Source: Gammaproteobacteria bacterium | GTDB taxonomy: Bacteria; Pseudomonadota; Gammaproteobacteria; Nevskiales; Nevskiaceae | Length of the DNA: 64,000 nt | Direction: 5' to 3' | Assembly (NCBI GenBank): GCA_046565985.1 | Contig: JBKHXN010000044.1 | Coordinates: 9,944-73,943, forward strand | In this document: in pieces, positions 45,194 to 54,743 of the stretch | How the letters are laid out: each line of letters opens with the position of its first letter | Position numbering within the stretch: position 1 is the first letter of the stretch | Program-made: the position numbers and the translations under genes | Notes under the pieces: model-generated | Told to the model about the DNA's origin: nothing | Database searches by the model: none | Seen by the model: only the letters and a program-made list of their open reading frames with translations

Positions 45194-46333
45194 ATGCCCG
45201 CTGCAAGCTTTGACCGTGCGCCCCCGAACTGGCCCGCGATCATCATGTTCACCCTGACCACCGTGCCGGTGCTCACCCTGTTTCCCTGGTACGCCTGGAC
45301 CTACGGCTTCGACGGTTACGAGATTGGCTGGGCCATCGCGCTGATGTTTGCCACCGGCCTGTCCATCACCGCCGGGTATCACCGCCTGTGGGCACACCGC
45401 ACCTACCAGGCCCACTGGAGCCTGCGCCTGGTGCTGATGCTGTTCGGCGCCATGAGCCTGCAGAACAGCATCCTGATCTGGGCCTCGATGCACCGCATCC
45501 ACCACAAGCATGTGGACGACGAGGACCGCGACCCCTACTCCGCCCGCCGCGGCCTGTGGTTCTCGCACATCGGCTGGATGCTGCGCGATTACCCCAGCTC
45601 CGCGCTGGATTTCGAGAACGCCCGCGACCTCAAGGACGATCCGATCGTGATGTTCCAGCACCGCCACTATCTCAAGCTGGCGCTGGCCATGAACATCGGC
45701 CTGCCCGCGCTGCTGGGCTGGCTGCACGGCGACCTCTGGGGCAGCCTGCTGATGGCCGGCCTGCTGCGCCTGGTGGCGAGCCACCACGTGACGTTCTTCA
45801 TCAACTCGCTGGCCCACTACTGGGGCCGCCAGCCCTACACCACCGCCAACACCGCGCGCGACAACGGGCTGCTGGCGCTGGTGACCTACGGCGAGGGCTA
45901 CCACAACTACCACCACCTGTTTCAGTGGGATTACCGCAACGGCATCCGCTGGTGGCATTACGACCCCACCAAATGGCTGATCGCCGTCTGCAGCTGGCTG
46001 GGCCTGGCCCGCAACCTCAAGCGCGTCCCCCGCTTCACCGTGCGCCGCGCCATGTTGCAGCGCCAGTTCGAGCATGCCCGAGAAAAACTCGCCCGCAGCG
46101 CCCAGCCCGGCCGGATCAGCGAACTCCAGCACCTGCTGGAGCAGGAGTGGGAGCACTACACCCAGATCCTGGCGCAATGGTCACAGCTGCAGGCCGAGCG
46201 CTTCGAGGCCGCCCGGCAGCAGCTGGTGGACCAGTGGGAACACAGCGACGCCCGCAAACGCCTGCACGCCCTGGAAGAAGCGCTGCACCTGCAGTACCAG
46301 CGCGTGCGCCTGCTGCAACTGCAAGCCGCCTGA
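45194..46333 (+). CDS. Delta-9-type fatty acid (acyl-CoA) desaturase
   Basis: His boxes GYHRLWAH, HRIHHKH and GEGYHNYHH; ATG at 45194. Confidence 0.93.
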   Translation: MPAASFDRAPPNWPAIIMFTLTTVPVLTLFPWYAWTYGFDGYEIGWAIALMFATGLSITAGYHRLWAHRTYQAHWSLRLVLMLFGAMSLQNSILIWASMHRIHHKHVDDEDRDPYSARRGLWFSHIGWMLRDYPSSALDFENARDLKDDPIVMFQHRHYLKLALAMNIGLPALLGWLHGDLWGSLLMAGLLRLVASHHVTFFINSLAHYWGRQPYTTANTARDNGLLALVTYGEGYHNYHHLFQWDYRNGIRWWHYDPTKWLIAVCSWLGLARNLKRVPRFTVRRAMLQRQFEHAREKLARSAQPGRISELQHLLEQEWEHYTQILAQWSQLQAERFEAARQQLVDQWEHSDARKRLHALEEALHLQYQRVRLLQLQAA

Positions 46334-46348
46334 ACCTTCGGGCGGCCC

Positions 46349-46383
46349 AACGACAAAGCCGCCCGAAGGCGGCTTTGTCGTTT
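46349..46383. terminator. Bidirectional terminator between convergent genes
   Basis: Perfect 15-bp stem AACGACAAAGCCGCC-cgaa-GGCGGCTTTGTCGTT. Confidence 0.85.
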
Positions 46384-46396
46384 GCGGCGATGGAGA

Positions 46397-46711
46397 TCAG
46401 CCGTCGTCGCCCGGGGTGCGATATTCCATATCGCCCAGCCGCCGGAAGAAGGTGTAGCGCGCCGGCTCGATGACCAGCTTGCGGGCCGGTTCGCGGGGCA
46501 GCTCGCCCTGGATCACCGCCAGCGGCAGCGACACCACGAAGAAGCCCACGCCCAGGGTGGTGGCGACCAGACTCAGCGGACGGATCAGCACCAGATCGAA
46601 CACCATGGCGCCCGCGGACGGGCTGTCGTCTATGCCTTCACGGTCCTGCGCCTGCAGGGCGCTGGCCGACACCATCAGCACCAGTGCGGCGGTCAAAGTC
46701 ACTACTTTCAT
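46397..46711 (-). CDS. Small conserved exported/membrane protein of unknown function
   Basis: Signal peptide, then DLVLIRPLSLVATTLG..SLP and LVIEPARYTFFRRLG; AAGGAA SD. Confidence 0.8.
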   Translation of the reverse strand: MKVVTLTAALVLMVSASALQAQDREGIDDSPSAGAMVFDLVLIRPLSLVATTLGVGFFVVSLPLAVIQGELPREPARKLVIEPARYTFFRRLGDMEYRTPGDDG

Positions 46712-46738
46712 GGCTGTTCCTTCCCTTGCCTGTGATCG

Positions 46739-46767
46739 AGACTAGGCAGCGTTTCCCACGCTGTCAA
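46739..46767 (-). promoter_or_regulatory. Near-consensus sigma70 promoter of the small protein gene
   Basis: Minus strand TTGACA-N17-TAGTCT. Confidence 0.72.
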
Positions 46768-46788
46768 CGAAATCCTACACTGTTGCGG

Positions 46789-47094
46789 ATGCCTGCCCTG
46801 TATCTTGCCGCCGATCCGATCGAAGCGCAGCTGCTCAAGGACTATCTGGGCGCGCACGATATCGCCGTGCAGATCCTCGGCTCAGAGGGCTGGGGCGCGC
46901 GCGGTGAAGTGCCGGTGGACCAGTATCCGCGCCTGTACCTGATGGAACCCGCCGACCAGCCGCGCGCGCTGGCGCTGCTGCGGCAGTATGAACAGCGCCG
47001 CCATGCGCACGGGGAATGGCGCTGCGACTGCGGCGAGTGCTCGCCGGTCACCTTCGAGGTCTGCTGGGCCTGCCAGGCGCCGCGGCCGGCATGA
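46789..47094 (+). CDS. DUF2007-like protein with C-terminal zinc ribbon
   Basis: [13 protein letters not shown]; W-R-C-D-C-G-E..F..C-W-A-C. Confidence 0.82.
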   Translation: MPALYLAADPIEAQLLKDYLGAHDIAVQILGSEGWGARGEVPVDQYPRLYLMEPADQPRALALLRQYEQRRHAHGEWRCDCGECSPVTFEVCWACQAPRPA

Positions 47095-47558
47095 TCCACG
47101 TGGCGCTCTACCAGCCGGAGATCCCGCCCAATACCGGCAACATCATCCGCCTGTGCGCCAACACCGGATCGGCGCTGCACCTGGTGCATCCGCTGGGGTT
47201 TCGCATGGACGACCGCGCCCTGCAGCGCGCCGGGCTGGACTACCACGAGTACGCGCAGGTGACCGAACACGCCAGCCTGCCGGAGCTGCGCGCGGCGCTG
47301 CCGGGCACCCGCCTGCTGGCGTTCAGCACGCGCGGCGAAACGCGCTACGACACGGTGCGCTACCAGCCCGGGGACGTGCTGCTGTTCGGCCCCGAAACCC
47401 GTGGACTGCCGGCGGCCGTGCTGGCCGGACTGCCGCCGGAGCAGCGCCTGCGCCTGCCGATGCGCGCGCGCAGCCGCAGCCTGAATCTGGCCAACGCGGT
47501 GGCCGTGGCGGTGTACGAGGCCTGGCGCCAGCTCGGCTTCGGGCCCGGCTGGGCCTGA
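47091..47558 (+). CDS. trmL: tRNA (cytidine/uridine 34-2'-O)-methyltransferase
   Basis: [30 protein letters not shown] and SLNLAN; ATGA overlap with the upstream gene. Confidence 0.95.
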   Translation: MIHVALYQPEIPPNTGNIIRLCANTGSALHLVHPLGFRMDDRALQRAGLDYHEYAQVTEHASLPELRAALPGTRLLAFSTRGETRYDTVRYQPGDVLLFGPETRGLPAAVLAGLPPEQRLRLPMRARSRSLNLANAVAVAVYEAWRQLGFGPGWA

Positions 47559-47565
47559 GGCCCGC

Positions 47566-48570
47566 CTATTCCGGCCGTGGCGGCCGCGTGGCCAGCACGC
47601 GCACCGCTTCGATGGGGCTGATCTGGCCGGTCAGCACCCGGTTGACCGCCTCAGTGATCGGCATCTCCACCCCGTGACGCGCGGCCAGACGCAGAACCTC
47701 GGGCGCGGCCTTGATGCCCTCCACCACCTGGCGGATCTCGGCGGTGGCCTCGGCCACGCTGCGGCCCTGTGCCAGCAGCAGGCCCATGCGGCGGTTGCGC
47801 GACTGGTTGTCGGTACAGGTCAGCACCAGGTCACCCATGCCGGCGAGCCCCATCAGCGTCTCCGGGCGGGCGCCCAGGGCCTCGCCCAGGCGCATGATCT
47901 CGGCCAGGCCGCGCGTGATCAGCGCCGCGCGCGTGTTGGCGCCCAGGTTGAGGCCATCGGCAATGCCCACGCCGATGGCCATGACGTTCTTGGCGGCGCC
48001 GCCGATCTCCACCCCGGGCAGGTCATCGGCGGTATAGGCGCGAAACCCGTCGCCGTGCAGCGCGGTGGCCACCTTTTCGGCAAAGGCGCCGTCGGCGGAG
48101 GACACCGTGACGGCCGTGGGCAGGCCGATCCCCAGCTCCTTGGCAAACGTGGGGCCGGAGATGACGGCCAGGGGGTGCGTGCGGCCGACCACGTCCTCGA
48201 TCACCTCGTGCACCAGAAGCCCGCTGCCCGGCTCCAGGCCCTTGCAGGCGCAGGCGATGCCCTGCCCCCTGCGCAGCAGGCCGCGGACGGCGAGCAGGGT
48301 GTCGCGCAGGGCGTGGCTGGGCGTGGCGATCAGCAGATCTTCCGACTGCCCCACCACCTCGGCAAGATCGGCGGTAGCCTTGAGCCGCAGCGGAAACGCA
48401 CAGCCCGGCAGATAGGCGGCATTCTCGCGCGCCTCCTGCATCTGCTGGAGCCTGGCGGCGTCGCGGCCCCACAGCAGGGTGGCGCCGCCGCGGCGGGCGA
48501 GGTGGATGGCCAGCGCCGTGCCAAATGAACCGGCGCCGAGTACCCCCATGCGATGCAGCTCCGTGCTCAT
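47566..48570 (-). CDS. gpsA: NAD(P)H-dependent glycerol-3-phosphate dehydrogenase
   Basis: GAGSFG, SGPTFAKE, KNVMAIG, GDLVLTCTDNQSRNRR and EMPITE. Confidence 0.97.
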   Translation of the reverse strand: MSTELHRMGVLGAGSFGTALAIHLARRGGATLLWGRDAARLQQMQEARENAAYLPGCAFPLRLKATADLAEVVGQSEDLLIATPSHALRDTLLAVRGLLRRGQGIACACKGLEPGSGLLVHEVIEDVVGRTHPLAVISGPTFAKELGIGLPTAVTVSSADGAFAEKVATALHGDGFRAYTADDLPGVEIGGAAKNVMAIGVGIADGLNLGANTRAALITRGLAEIMRLGEALGARPETLMGLAGMGDLVLTCTDNQSRNRRMGLLLAQGRSVAEATAEIRQVVEGIKAAPEVLRLAARHGVEMPITEAVNRVLTGQISPIEAVRVLATRPPRPE

Positions 48571-48764
48571 GCCCTTTCCCTCGCGCTGGCGCAACGCCTG
48601 CGCTTTGGCGAACCGCTGCTGCGCAGCTGTCGCGGGCTCCGGCGTGCCTTCGCCGTGCCAAATGAACCGGCACCGAGTACCCCCATGCGATGCAGCTCCG
48701 TGCTCATGCCCTTTCCCTCGCGCTGGCGCAACGCCTGCGCTTTGGCGAACCGCTGCTGCGCAGC
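48514..48764. repeat. 114-bp tandem duplication spanning the gpsA RBS and first 19 codons (48514-48627 and 48651-48764)
   Basis: The copies are identical except 48535 G versus 48672 A; 137-bp period with a 23-bp unique spacer. Confidence 0.95.
48567..48707 (-). CDS. Putative 46-aa upstream ORF created by the duplication (GpsA N-terminus plus basic tail)
   Basis: It has the same RBS as gpsA and encodes MSTELHRMGVLGAGSFGTAKARRSPRQLRSSGSPKRRRCASARERA. Its TGA overlaps the gpsA ATG (ATGA). Confidence 0.4.
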   Translation of the reverse strand: MSTELHRMGVLGAGSFGTAKARRSPRQLRSSGSPKRRRCASARERA

Positions 48765-48800
48765 GGCGGCGGATACAGGGCGTGGAGGGGGGTCACGGGC

Positions 48801-49262
48801 TCAGTGCTGGGTGGGGGCGGGGGCGGGCTGGGCGCGGGCCAGGTGCTGCTGGTAGAGGGCGTCGAAATTGACCGGCTGCAGCAGCAGCTGCGGAAAGCCG
48901 CCGCGCTGGACCAGCTCGGCGATCGCCTCGCGGGCAAACGGAAAGACCACACCGGGGCAGTAGGCACCCAGGGCGGCGGCCTTGTCCTGGGGGCTGCTGA
49001 AGCCCTTGAGGGTGAAGATGCCGCCCTGGTGGACCTCGGCGAGAAACGCCGTGTCCTCACCGAGCTTGGCGGTGACGGTGACGCGGAGCATCACCTGGTA
49101 GGCGTCGGCGGCCAGTTCGGTGGTATGGGTGTTGAGCTGCACATCCACCTGTGGCTGCCACTGGCGGGTGAAGACCTGCGGCGCGAGGGGGACTTCCAGC
49201 GAGGCGTCCTTGAGGTAGATTTTCTGCAGCAGCACCTGCGCAGCGGCGGGAGCGTCGGCCAT
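48801..49262 (-). CDS. secB: Protein-export chaperone SecB
   Basis: LQKIYLKDASLEVP, AFLAEVHQGGIF, YCPGVVFPFARE and GGFPQLLLQPVNFDALY. Confidence 0.97.
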   Translation of the reverse strand: MADAPAAAQVLLQKIYLKDASLEVPLAPQVFTRQWQPQVDVQLNTHTTELAADAYQVMLRVTVTAKLGEDTAFLAEVHQGGIFTLKGFSSPQDKAAALGAYCPGVVFPFAREAIAELVQRGGFPQLLLQPVNFDALYQQHLARAQPAPAPTQH

Positions 49263-49266
49263 GGCG

Positions 49267-49530
49267 CTAGCGGTCGAGCAGGGGGTCGAGTCCGCCGGCG
49301 CGCTCGAGGGCGAACAGGTCGTCGTAGCCGCCCACGTGGGTGTCGCCGATGAAGATCTGCGGCACGGTGCGCCGGCCGCTGATGCGCATCATGGTCTCAC
49401 GCTGCTCGGGGCTTTCGTCCACGCGGATCTCCTCTATGTCCGCGCCTTTCTGTTGCAGCAGGCGCTTGGCCATCACGCAGAAGGGACAGATCCGGGTGGT
49501 GTACATGCGCACGGCTTTCATGGGGCTCAC
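49267..49530 (-). CDS. grxC: Glutaredoxin 3
   Basis: CPFC active site, TVPQIFI and GGYDDL. The start may instead be the ATG at 49521. Confidence 0.95.
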   Translation of the reverse strand: MSPMKAVRMYTTRICPFCVMAKRLLQQKGADIEEIRVDESPEQRETMMRISGRRTVPQIFIGDTHVGGYDDLFALERAGGLDPLLDR

Positions 49531-49952
49531 CGAGTGGTGACGGGCAGGTTGGCGGCCGCCCAGGCATTGAGTCCGCCGCGCAGGGGATAGACCTCGCTGA
49601 ACCCGGCGGCGCGGATCTTCTCGGTGGCCGTCAGGCTGCTGCTGCCCAGCGCGCAGTAGACCAGCACCGGCTGCTGGCGATCCTTGCCCAGGCGCGGCAG
49701 GTGCTCATCGAGTTTGGCCAGCGGCGCGTTCACCGCGCCGAGCAGGTGCCCGCGCTTGTAGTCCACCGGGCTGCGCACGTCCACGATCACCGGGCTGCGG
49801 TCGTTGATCAGCCGTACCGCCTCCAGCGCGCTGAGGCGCTTGCCGCCGGTGAGGTTGCCGTGCACCTCGTTGGCCACCAGCAACAGCAGCACCGCCCCGA
49901 GGGCGAGGAACAGGAAGGGATGCTGATTGAAGAATTCCAGGAACTGATCCAT
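49527..49952 (-). CDS. Rhodanese-like protein (YibN-like)
   Basis: N-terminal TM, VDVRSP..GHLLGA and LRGGLNAW; conserved position before grxC-secB-gpsA. Confidence 0.92.
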   Translation of the reverse strand: MDQFLEFFNQHPFLFLALGAVLLLLVANEVHGNLTGGKRLSALEAVRLINDRSPVIVDVRSPVDYKRGHLLGAVNAPLAKLDEHLPRLGKDRQQPVLVYCALGSSSLTATEKIRAAGFSEVYPLRGGLNAWAAANLPVTTR

Positions 49953-49987
49953 CTCGTCGTCACGTCAAAACCTTTTATGATTATCGC

Positions 49988-51136
49988 ATGTTCCGCGCCC
50001 TGCTCCTGCTGGCACTGCTGCTCCCGCTGCCGCCGGCCCTGGCGCAGGATGACGACCCGCGCCTTGCGCGCAACCAGGCCGAGCTGGAACGGGTCCGCAG
50101 CCGCATCGAGGCCCTGAGCCGCTCGCTGGAACGCGACCGCGGCCGCCAGGACGAGCTGCGCAAATCCCTGGAGGATACGGAGAAAAAGATCGCCTCCATC
50201 GCCGCCGACCTGCGCAGCCTGGGCCGTGATCTGGACCAGCAGAGCCGCAAGGTGCGCGCCACCCAGGAGGACCAGCGGCGCATCGAACAGCAGCTGGCCG
50301 CGCAGAAGCGCGGACTGGGCCGGCAGATCCGCTCGGCCTACGTCATGGGCGAAGGCGGACAGACCCAGCTGCTGCTCAGCCAGGAGCAGGCCGGGCCGCT
50401 GTCGCGGATGATGACCTACTACGACTATCTCAACCGCGCCCGGGCGCGGAAGATCCAGGGCATTCTCGAGCAGGTGGCGCAGCTGCAGGCGGTCACCGCC
50501 CGGCTGCTGGAAGAACGCCAGGCGCTGGAGCAGCTGCGCGCCCAGCGCGAGCGCACCCTCAAGGGTCTGGAAGCGGGCCGTGCCGAGCGCGCGCAGATGA
50601 TCAGCCGCCTGGCCGCGCGCATCGCCGACGAACAGGCCGAGCTGCAACAGCTGCGGCAGAACGAGCAGGAAGTGCGCCGCCTGCTGGATTCCCTGCGCAA
50701 TGCGCTGGCCGACATCCCGCTCGATATCGGCAGCGAAAAGCCCTTTGCCAAACAGCGCGGCAAGCTGCCCTGGCCGGCGCGGGGCCGGCTGCTGGCCAGC
50801 TTCGGCCAGCCCAAGGCCGGCAAGAACCTGCTGTGGAACGGCCTGTGGATCGCCGCGCCGCAGGGCAGCCCGGTACGGGCGGTGGCCGGCGGGCGCGTGG
50901 CCTACGTGGGCTGGATGCACCGCTACGGGCTGATCGTGGTGCTGGAACACGAGGGCGGTTATTTCACCCTCTACGGCCACAATGACAGCACGCTCAGGGG
51001 CGTGGGGGAATGGGTGGCCGCGGGGCAGCCGCTGGCCCAGGCCGGCGCCAGTGGCGGTCACGCACAGCCCGGAGTGTATTTCGAGGTGCGCAAGGGCAAG
51101 GAACCGCTCAACCCCCGGATCTGGCTGAGCCGCTGA
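49988..51136 (+). CDS. envC: Murein hydrolase activator EnvC
   Basis: Signal peptide, long coiled coil and M23 domain (GKLPWP, YGLIVVLEH..YFTLYGH, YFEVRK). Confidence 0.92.
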   Translation: MFRALLLLALLLPLPPALAQDDDPRLARNQAELERVRSRIEALSRSLERDRGRQDELRKSLEDTEKKIASIAADLRSLGRDLDQQSRKVRATQEDQRRIEQQLAAQKRGLGRQIRSAYVMGEGGQTQLLLSQEQAGPLSRMMTYYDYLNRARARKIQGILEQVAQLQAVTARLLEERQALEQLRAQRERTLKGLEAGRAERAQMISRLAARIADEQAELQQLRQNEQEVRRLLDSLRNALADIPLDIGSEKPFAKQRGKLPWPARGRLLASFGQPKAGKNLLWNGLWIAAPQGSPVRAVAGGRVAYVGWMHRYGLIVVLEHEGGYFTLYGHNDSTLRGVGEWVAAGQPLAQAGASGGHAQPGVYFEVRKGKEPLNPRIWLSR

Positions 51137-51201
51137 GACGGCCCCGGGAGGCGCGGCCTCTTGTGCTATCTTCCTTTTCCCTCGTTTTCCTGCAGATTCC
51201 C

Positions 51202-52524
51202 ATGTCTCTTTTCTCCCGCACCACCCTGGCACTCGGCCTCGGGGTCCTGATCGGCACCGGCGTCTCCCTCACCCACGGCGTGCTGGCAGAGAAACCCGGC
51301 GCCAGCGGCGAAGCCGTGCCGTTCCAGGAGCTCCAGTCCTTCGTGGAGATCCTCAACCGGGTCAAGAGCGAGTACGTGGAACCGGTGGAGGACAAGACCC
51401 TGTTCGAGAACGCCGTGCGCGGCATGATCGCGGGGCTGGATCCGCACTCGTCCTACCTCAATCGCGAGGAATTCAAGGACATCAACATCGCCACCAGCGG
51501 CAAGTTCGGTGGCCTGGGCATCGAGGTGCAGATGCAGAACGGCTTCGTCCGCGTGGTCTCCCCCATAGACGACACCCCGGCGGCCCGTGCCGGCGTACAG
51601 CCGGGCGATCTGATCATCCGCATCGACGATACGCCGGTCAAAGGCCTGTCGCTGGACGAGGCGGTGAAGATGATGCGCGGCGAGCCGGGCACCCGGATCA
51701 AGCTGGTGATCGCGCGCGAGAACGCCCCCGCGCCCATCACCCTGGAACTCAAGCGGGACGTGATCGCCGTGACCAGCGTGCGCGGCCGCCTGCTGGGCGA
51801 CGGCCTGGGCTATCTGCGTATCAGCAGCTTCACCACCGAGACCGGCAGCTCGCTGAACAAGGAGCTGTCCAAGCTCGTCAAGAGCAGCGACCAGCCGCTC
51901 AAGGGTCTGGTGCTGGATCTGCGCAACAACCCGGGCGGCGTGCTCGACGCCGCGGTCCAGGTCAGCGACGCCTTCCTCGATACCGGCGCCATCGTCTCCA
52001 TCCGTGGGCGCGACGCCGCGGAAAGCCGCGAATTCCGCGCCCAGCAGGGCGACCTGCTGCAGGGTGCCCCGGTGGTGGTGATGATCAACGGCGGCTCGGC
52101 GAGCGCCTCGGAAATCGTCGCCGGCGCGCTGCAGGACCAGAAGCGCGCGGTGCTGGTGGGCTCCAAGAGCTTCGGCAAGGGTTCGGTGCAGTCCATCATG
52201 CCGCTGTCCAATCAGTCGGCCATCAAGCTCACCACGGCGCGCTACTACACGCCCTCGGGCCGGAGCATCCAGGGGGAGGGCATTGAGCCCGACATCGTCA
52301 TCCGCCCGCTGCGGCTTGCCGCCGAGCAGGATGCTCCGGCCTTTGAACCGACCAAGGAGGCTGACCTCAAGGGCAGCCTCAAGAACGAGAACGGCCAGAC
52401 CCCTGCACCCAAGACCGGCGCTGCAACGGACGAGGAAGTGCAGAAACTGGCGGAGCAGGACTACGCGCTGTACGAGGCGCTGAACCTGCTCAAGGGCTTG
52501 GTCGTTACCCGCACACGTCTATAG
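51202..52524 (+). CDS. ctpA: S41 family carboxy-terminal processing protease
   Basis: LDPHS, PDZ (FGGLGI), DLRNNPGG, SASASEI and GKGSVQ; ATG at 51202. Confidence 0.92.
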   Translation: MSLFSRTTLALGLGVLIGTGVSLTHGVLAEKPGASGEAVPFQELQSFVEILNRVKSEYVEPVEDKTLFENAVRGMIAGLDPHSSYLNREEFKDINIATSGKFGGLGIEVQMQNGFVRVVSPIDDTPAARAGVQPGDLIIRIDDTPVKGLSLDEAVKMMRGEPGTRIKLVIARENAPAPITLELKRDVIAVTSVRGRLLGDGLGYLRISSFTTETGSSLNKELSKLVKSSDQPLKGLVLDLRNNPGGVLDAAVQVSDAFLDTGAIVSIRGRDAAESREFRAQQGDLLQGAPVVVMINGGSASASEIVAGALQDQKRAVLVGSKSFGKGSVQSIMPLSNQSAIKLTTARYYTPSGRSIQGEGIEPDIVIRPLRLAAEQDAPAFEPTKEADLKGSLKNENGQTPAPKTGAATDEEVQKLAEQDYALYEALNLLKGLVVTRTRL

Positions 52525-52542
52525 CGGCAGCGGGCGCGGCGC

Positions 52543-54141
52543 TCAGGCGTCGCGCCACAGCAGCCACAGGCTCCAGGCAGCACCAAAGGCCAGTACGGCG
52601 CCGCCCGCCAGCGCCGGGCCGGCCGGCCAGACCAGCAGCAGGCTGCCGGCAATCACGCAGCCCAGCGCGGCCAGCATGCGCCGCGTGCGCTGGTGGGATT
52701 GGCGCACCTCATCGCGCAGGCGCTGGAACTCCAGCCGCTGCGCCGCGCTGCCAAAGCCCTCGCCCTTCTCCAGCTGTCGCAGCGCCTGGCTGGCGAGCTG
52801 CGGCAGGGTTTCAGCCAATATCGGCAGCTGCGCACGGGCGCGTTCCAGCATTGCCGTCGGACCCATGCGGTCCTTCATCCAGTTTTCCATGATCGGCTTG
52901 GCGGTCTTCCAGAGATCCAGCTCGTCATAGAGCTGGCGCCCCAGGCCCTCGATCTGCAGCAGGGTTTTCTGCAACAGCACCAGCTGCGGCTGCACCTGAT
53001 AGTTGAAGCGCCGCGCAATCTGGAAAAGGCGCAGCAGGAAAAAGCCGAACGAGATGTCCTTGAGCGGTCGCTGGAAGATCGGCTCGCAGACCGTGCGGAT
53101 CGCCGATTCGAATTCTTCCACGCGGGTATCGCCGGGGATCCAGCCGCTCTCGATGTGCAGCTCAGCCACCCGACGATAGTCGCGGTTGAAGAAGGCGAGG
53201 AAGTTTTCGGCCAGATAGCGCTGGTCGGCGGGCGTCAGGCTGCCGACGATCCCAAAGTCCACCGCCAGATAGCTGGGCTGCCGGGGGTTGGCGGCGTCCA
53301 CAAAGATATTGCCGGGGTGCATGTCGGCGTGGAAGAAGTTGTCGCGGAAGGTCTGCTTGAAGAAGATCTCCACGCCGCGCTCGGCCAGTACCTGGAAATC
53401 CACGCCCATCTCGCGCAGCCGGGGCAGCTCGCGCATGCTGATGCCGTGGATGCGCTCCATGACCAGAACCTCGGGCCGGGTGTAATCCCAGAACACGATC
53501 GGGTGGTAGATCAGCTCGCTGCCCAGCCAGTTGCGCCGCAGCTGGCTGCAGTTGGCACCTTCGCGCATCAGGTCGAGTTCATCGAACAGGATTTTTTCGT
53601 ATTCATCCACGATCGCGCGCGGGCGGATGCGGCGCGCCTGGGCAGAGAAGCGTTCGGCGAGCGCGGCCAGGCTGTGCAGCAGGCCCACGTCTTTCTGCAT
53701 CTGCTCCAGCATGCCGGGGCGAATGACCTTGACCACGACCTGCATGCCCGAGTCCTGCGCGCCGGCAGGCTTCAGGCGCGCGGCGTGCACCTGCGCGACG
53801 GAGGCGGTGGCGAGCGGTGTCTCGTCGAATTCCGCAAACAGTTCCGTCACCGGCTTGCCGAGCGCGCGCTCGACGATGCCGCGCGCCACGGCGCCGGGAA
53901 ACGGCCCCACCTGATCCTGCAGCTTGACCAGCTCCTCGGCGATGTCGGGCGGGATCAGATCCGGCCGGGTGGAGAGCGCCTGCCCCAGCTTGATGAACAC
54001 CGGGCCCAGCTCCTCCAGCGCCAGCCGCAGGCGCAGGCCGCGCGGCCGCGGATCACGCGCCGGCCGGTCGTTGAGAAATTCGCGCAGGCCGTAGCGCCGG
54101 CTGACGCGGTGGATCTGCCACAGACGTATCCAGGATTTCAT
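52543..54141 (-). CDS. ubiB: Ubiquinone biosynthesis kinase-like protein UbiB
   Basis: [32 protein letters not shown] and DFGI; ATGA overlap with ubiJ. Confidence 0.96.
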   Translation of the reverse strand: MKSWIRLWQIHRVSRRYGLREFLNDRPARDPRPRGLRLRLALEELGPVFIKLGQALSTRPDLIPPDIAEELVKLQDQVGPFPGAVARGIVERALGKPVTELFAEFDETPLATASVAQVHAARLKPAGAQDSGMQVVVKVIRPGMLEQMQKDVGLLHSLAALAERFSAQARRIRPRAIVDEYEKILFDELDLMREGANCSQLRRNWLGSELIYHPIVFWDYTRPEVLVMERIHGISMRELPRLREMGVDFQVLAERGVEIFFKQTFRDNFFHADMHPGNIFVDAANPRQPSYLAVDFGIVGSLTPADQRYLAENFLAFFNRDYRRVAELHIESGWIPGDTRVEEFESAIRTVCEPIFQRPLKDISFGFFLLRLFQIARRFNYQVQPQLVLLQKTLLQIEGLGRQLYDELDLWKTAKPIMENWMKDRMGPTAMLERARAQLPILAETLPQLASQALRQLEKGEGFGSAAQRLEFQRLRDEVRQSHQRTRRMLAALGCVIAGSLLLVWPAGPALAGGAVLAFGAAWSLWLLWRDA

Positions 54142-54743
54142 GCACGCTCCAGTCGTTGCAGCCGGGCCTCCAGGCGCGCCACGCCGTCGCGCAGGCGCTC
54201 CACGCCGTCCAGCCAGTCCGCCACATCCGCCGCGCGCGCCAGATCGCCGGTCTCTTCGCGCAGGTACTCGGCCGTATCCAGCGCCAGCGTGCCGGCGGCC
54301 TGGCGGCCCCAGCCGAACAGCTGCTGCGCCCACTGGCCCGCACGGTGCGCGGGCAGATCACCCAGATAGGGGACGAGCAGTTCCTCGAGGTCCACATCCA
54401 CCTGGGCCAGCAGCTGGTTGAACTGGTGCAGCAGATCCACATCGCCTTCCACACGCAGGCCCTGTGGCAGGCTGGACTGCCCCTGCGCACGGCGCCAGGC
54501 CAGGCCGAGGAGCTGGCCCAGGCTGCCGGATACCGTGACCTGGGCCGGCAGGGCGTCGTCGCCCAGCACCCGCACGCCGGCGGGATGGAATTCCAGGATG
54601 AAGCACCAGTCGGGCGCGGTGCAGCGCAGGGCCATCACCCGGCCCGAGAGCGGCTGGCACAAGGCCAGCGCGGCGGGCTCCAGCGCCAGGGTACGGTTGA
54701 GCGCCACTTCCAGCGCGGCGCACAGCAGCGCGGGCGTGCTCAT
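54138..54743 (-). CDS. ubiJ: Ubiquinone biosynthesis accessory factor UbiJ (SCP2)
   Basis: SCP2-like N-terminus, DLEELL..YLGD, EYLREE and a C-terminal coiled coil; lies between ubiE and ubiB. Confidence 0.92.
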   Translation of the reverse strand: MSTPALLCAALEVALNRTLALEPAALALCQPLSGRVMALRCTAPDWCFILEFHPAGVRVLGDDALPAQVTVSGSLGQLLGLAWRRAQGQSSLPQGLRVEGDVDLLHQFNQLLAQVDVDLEELLVPYLGDLPAHRAGQWAQQLFGWGRQAAGTLALDTAEYLREETGDLARAADVADWLDGVERLRDGVARLEARLQRLERA

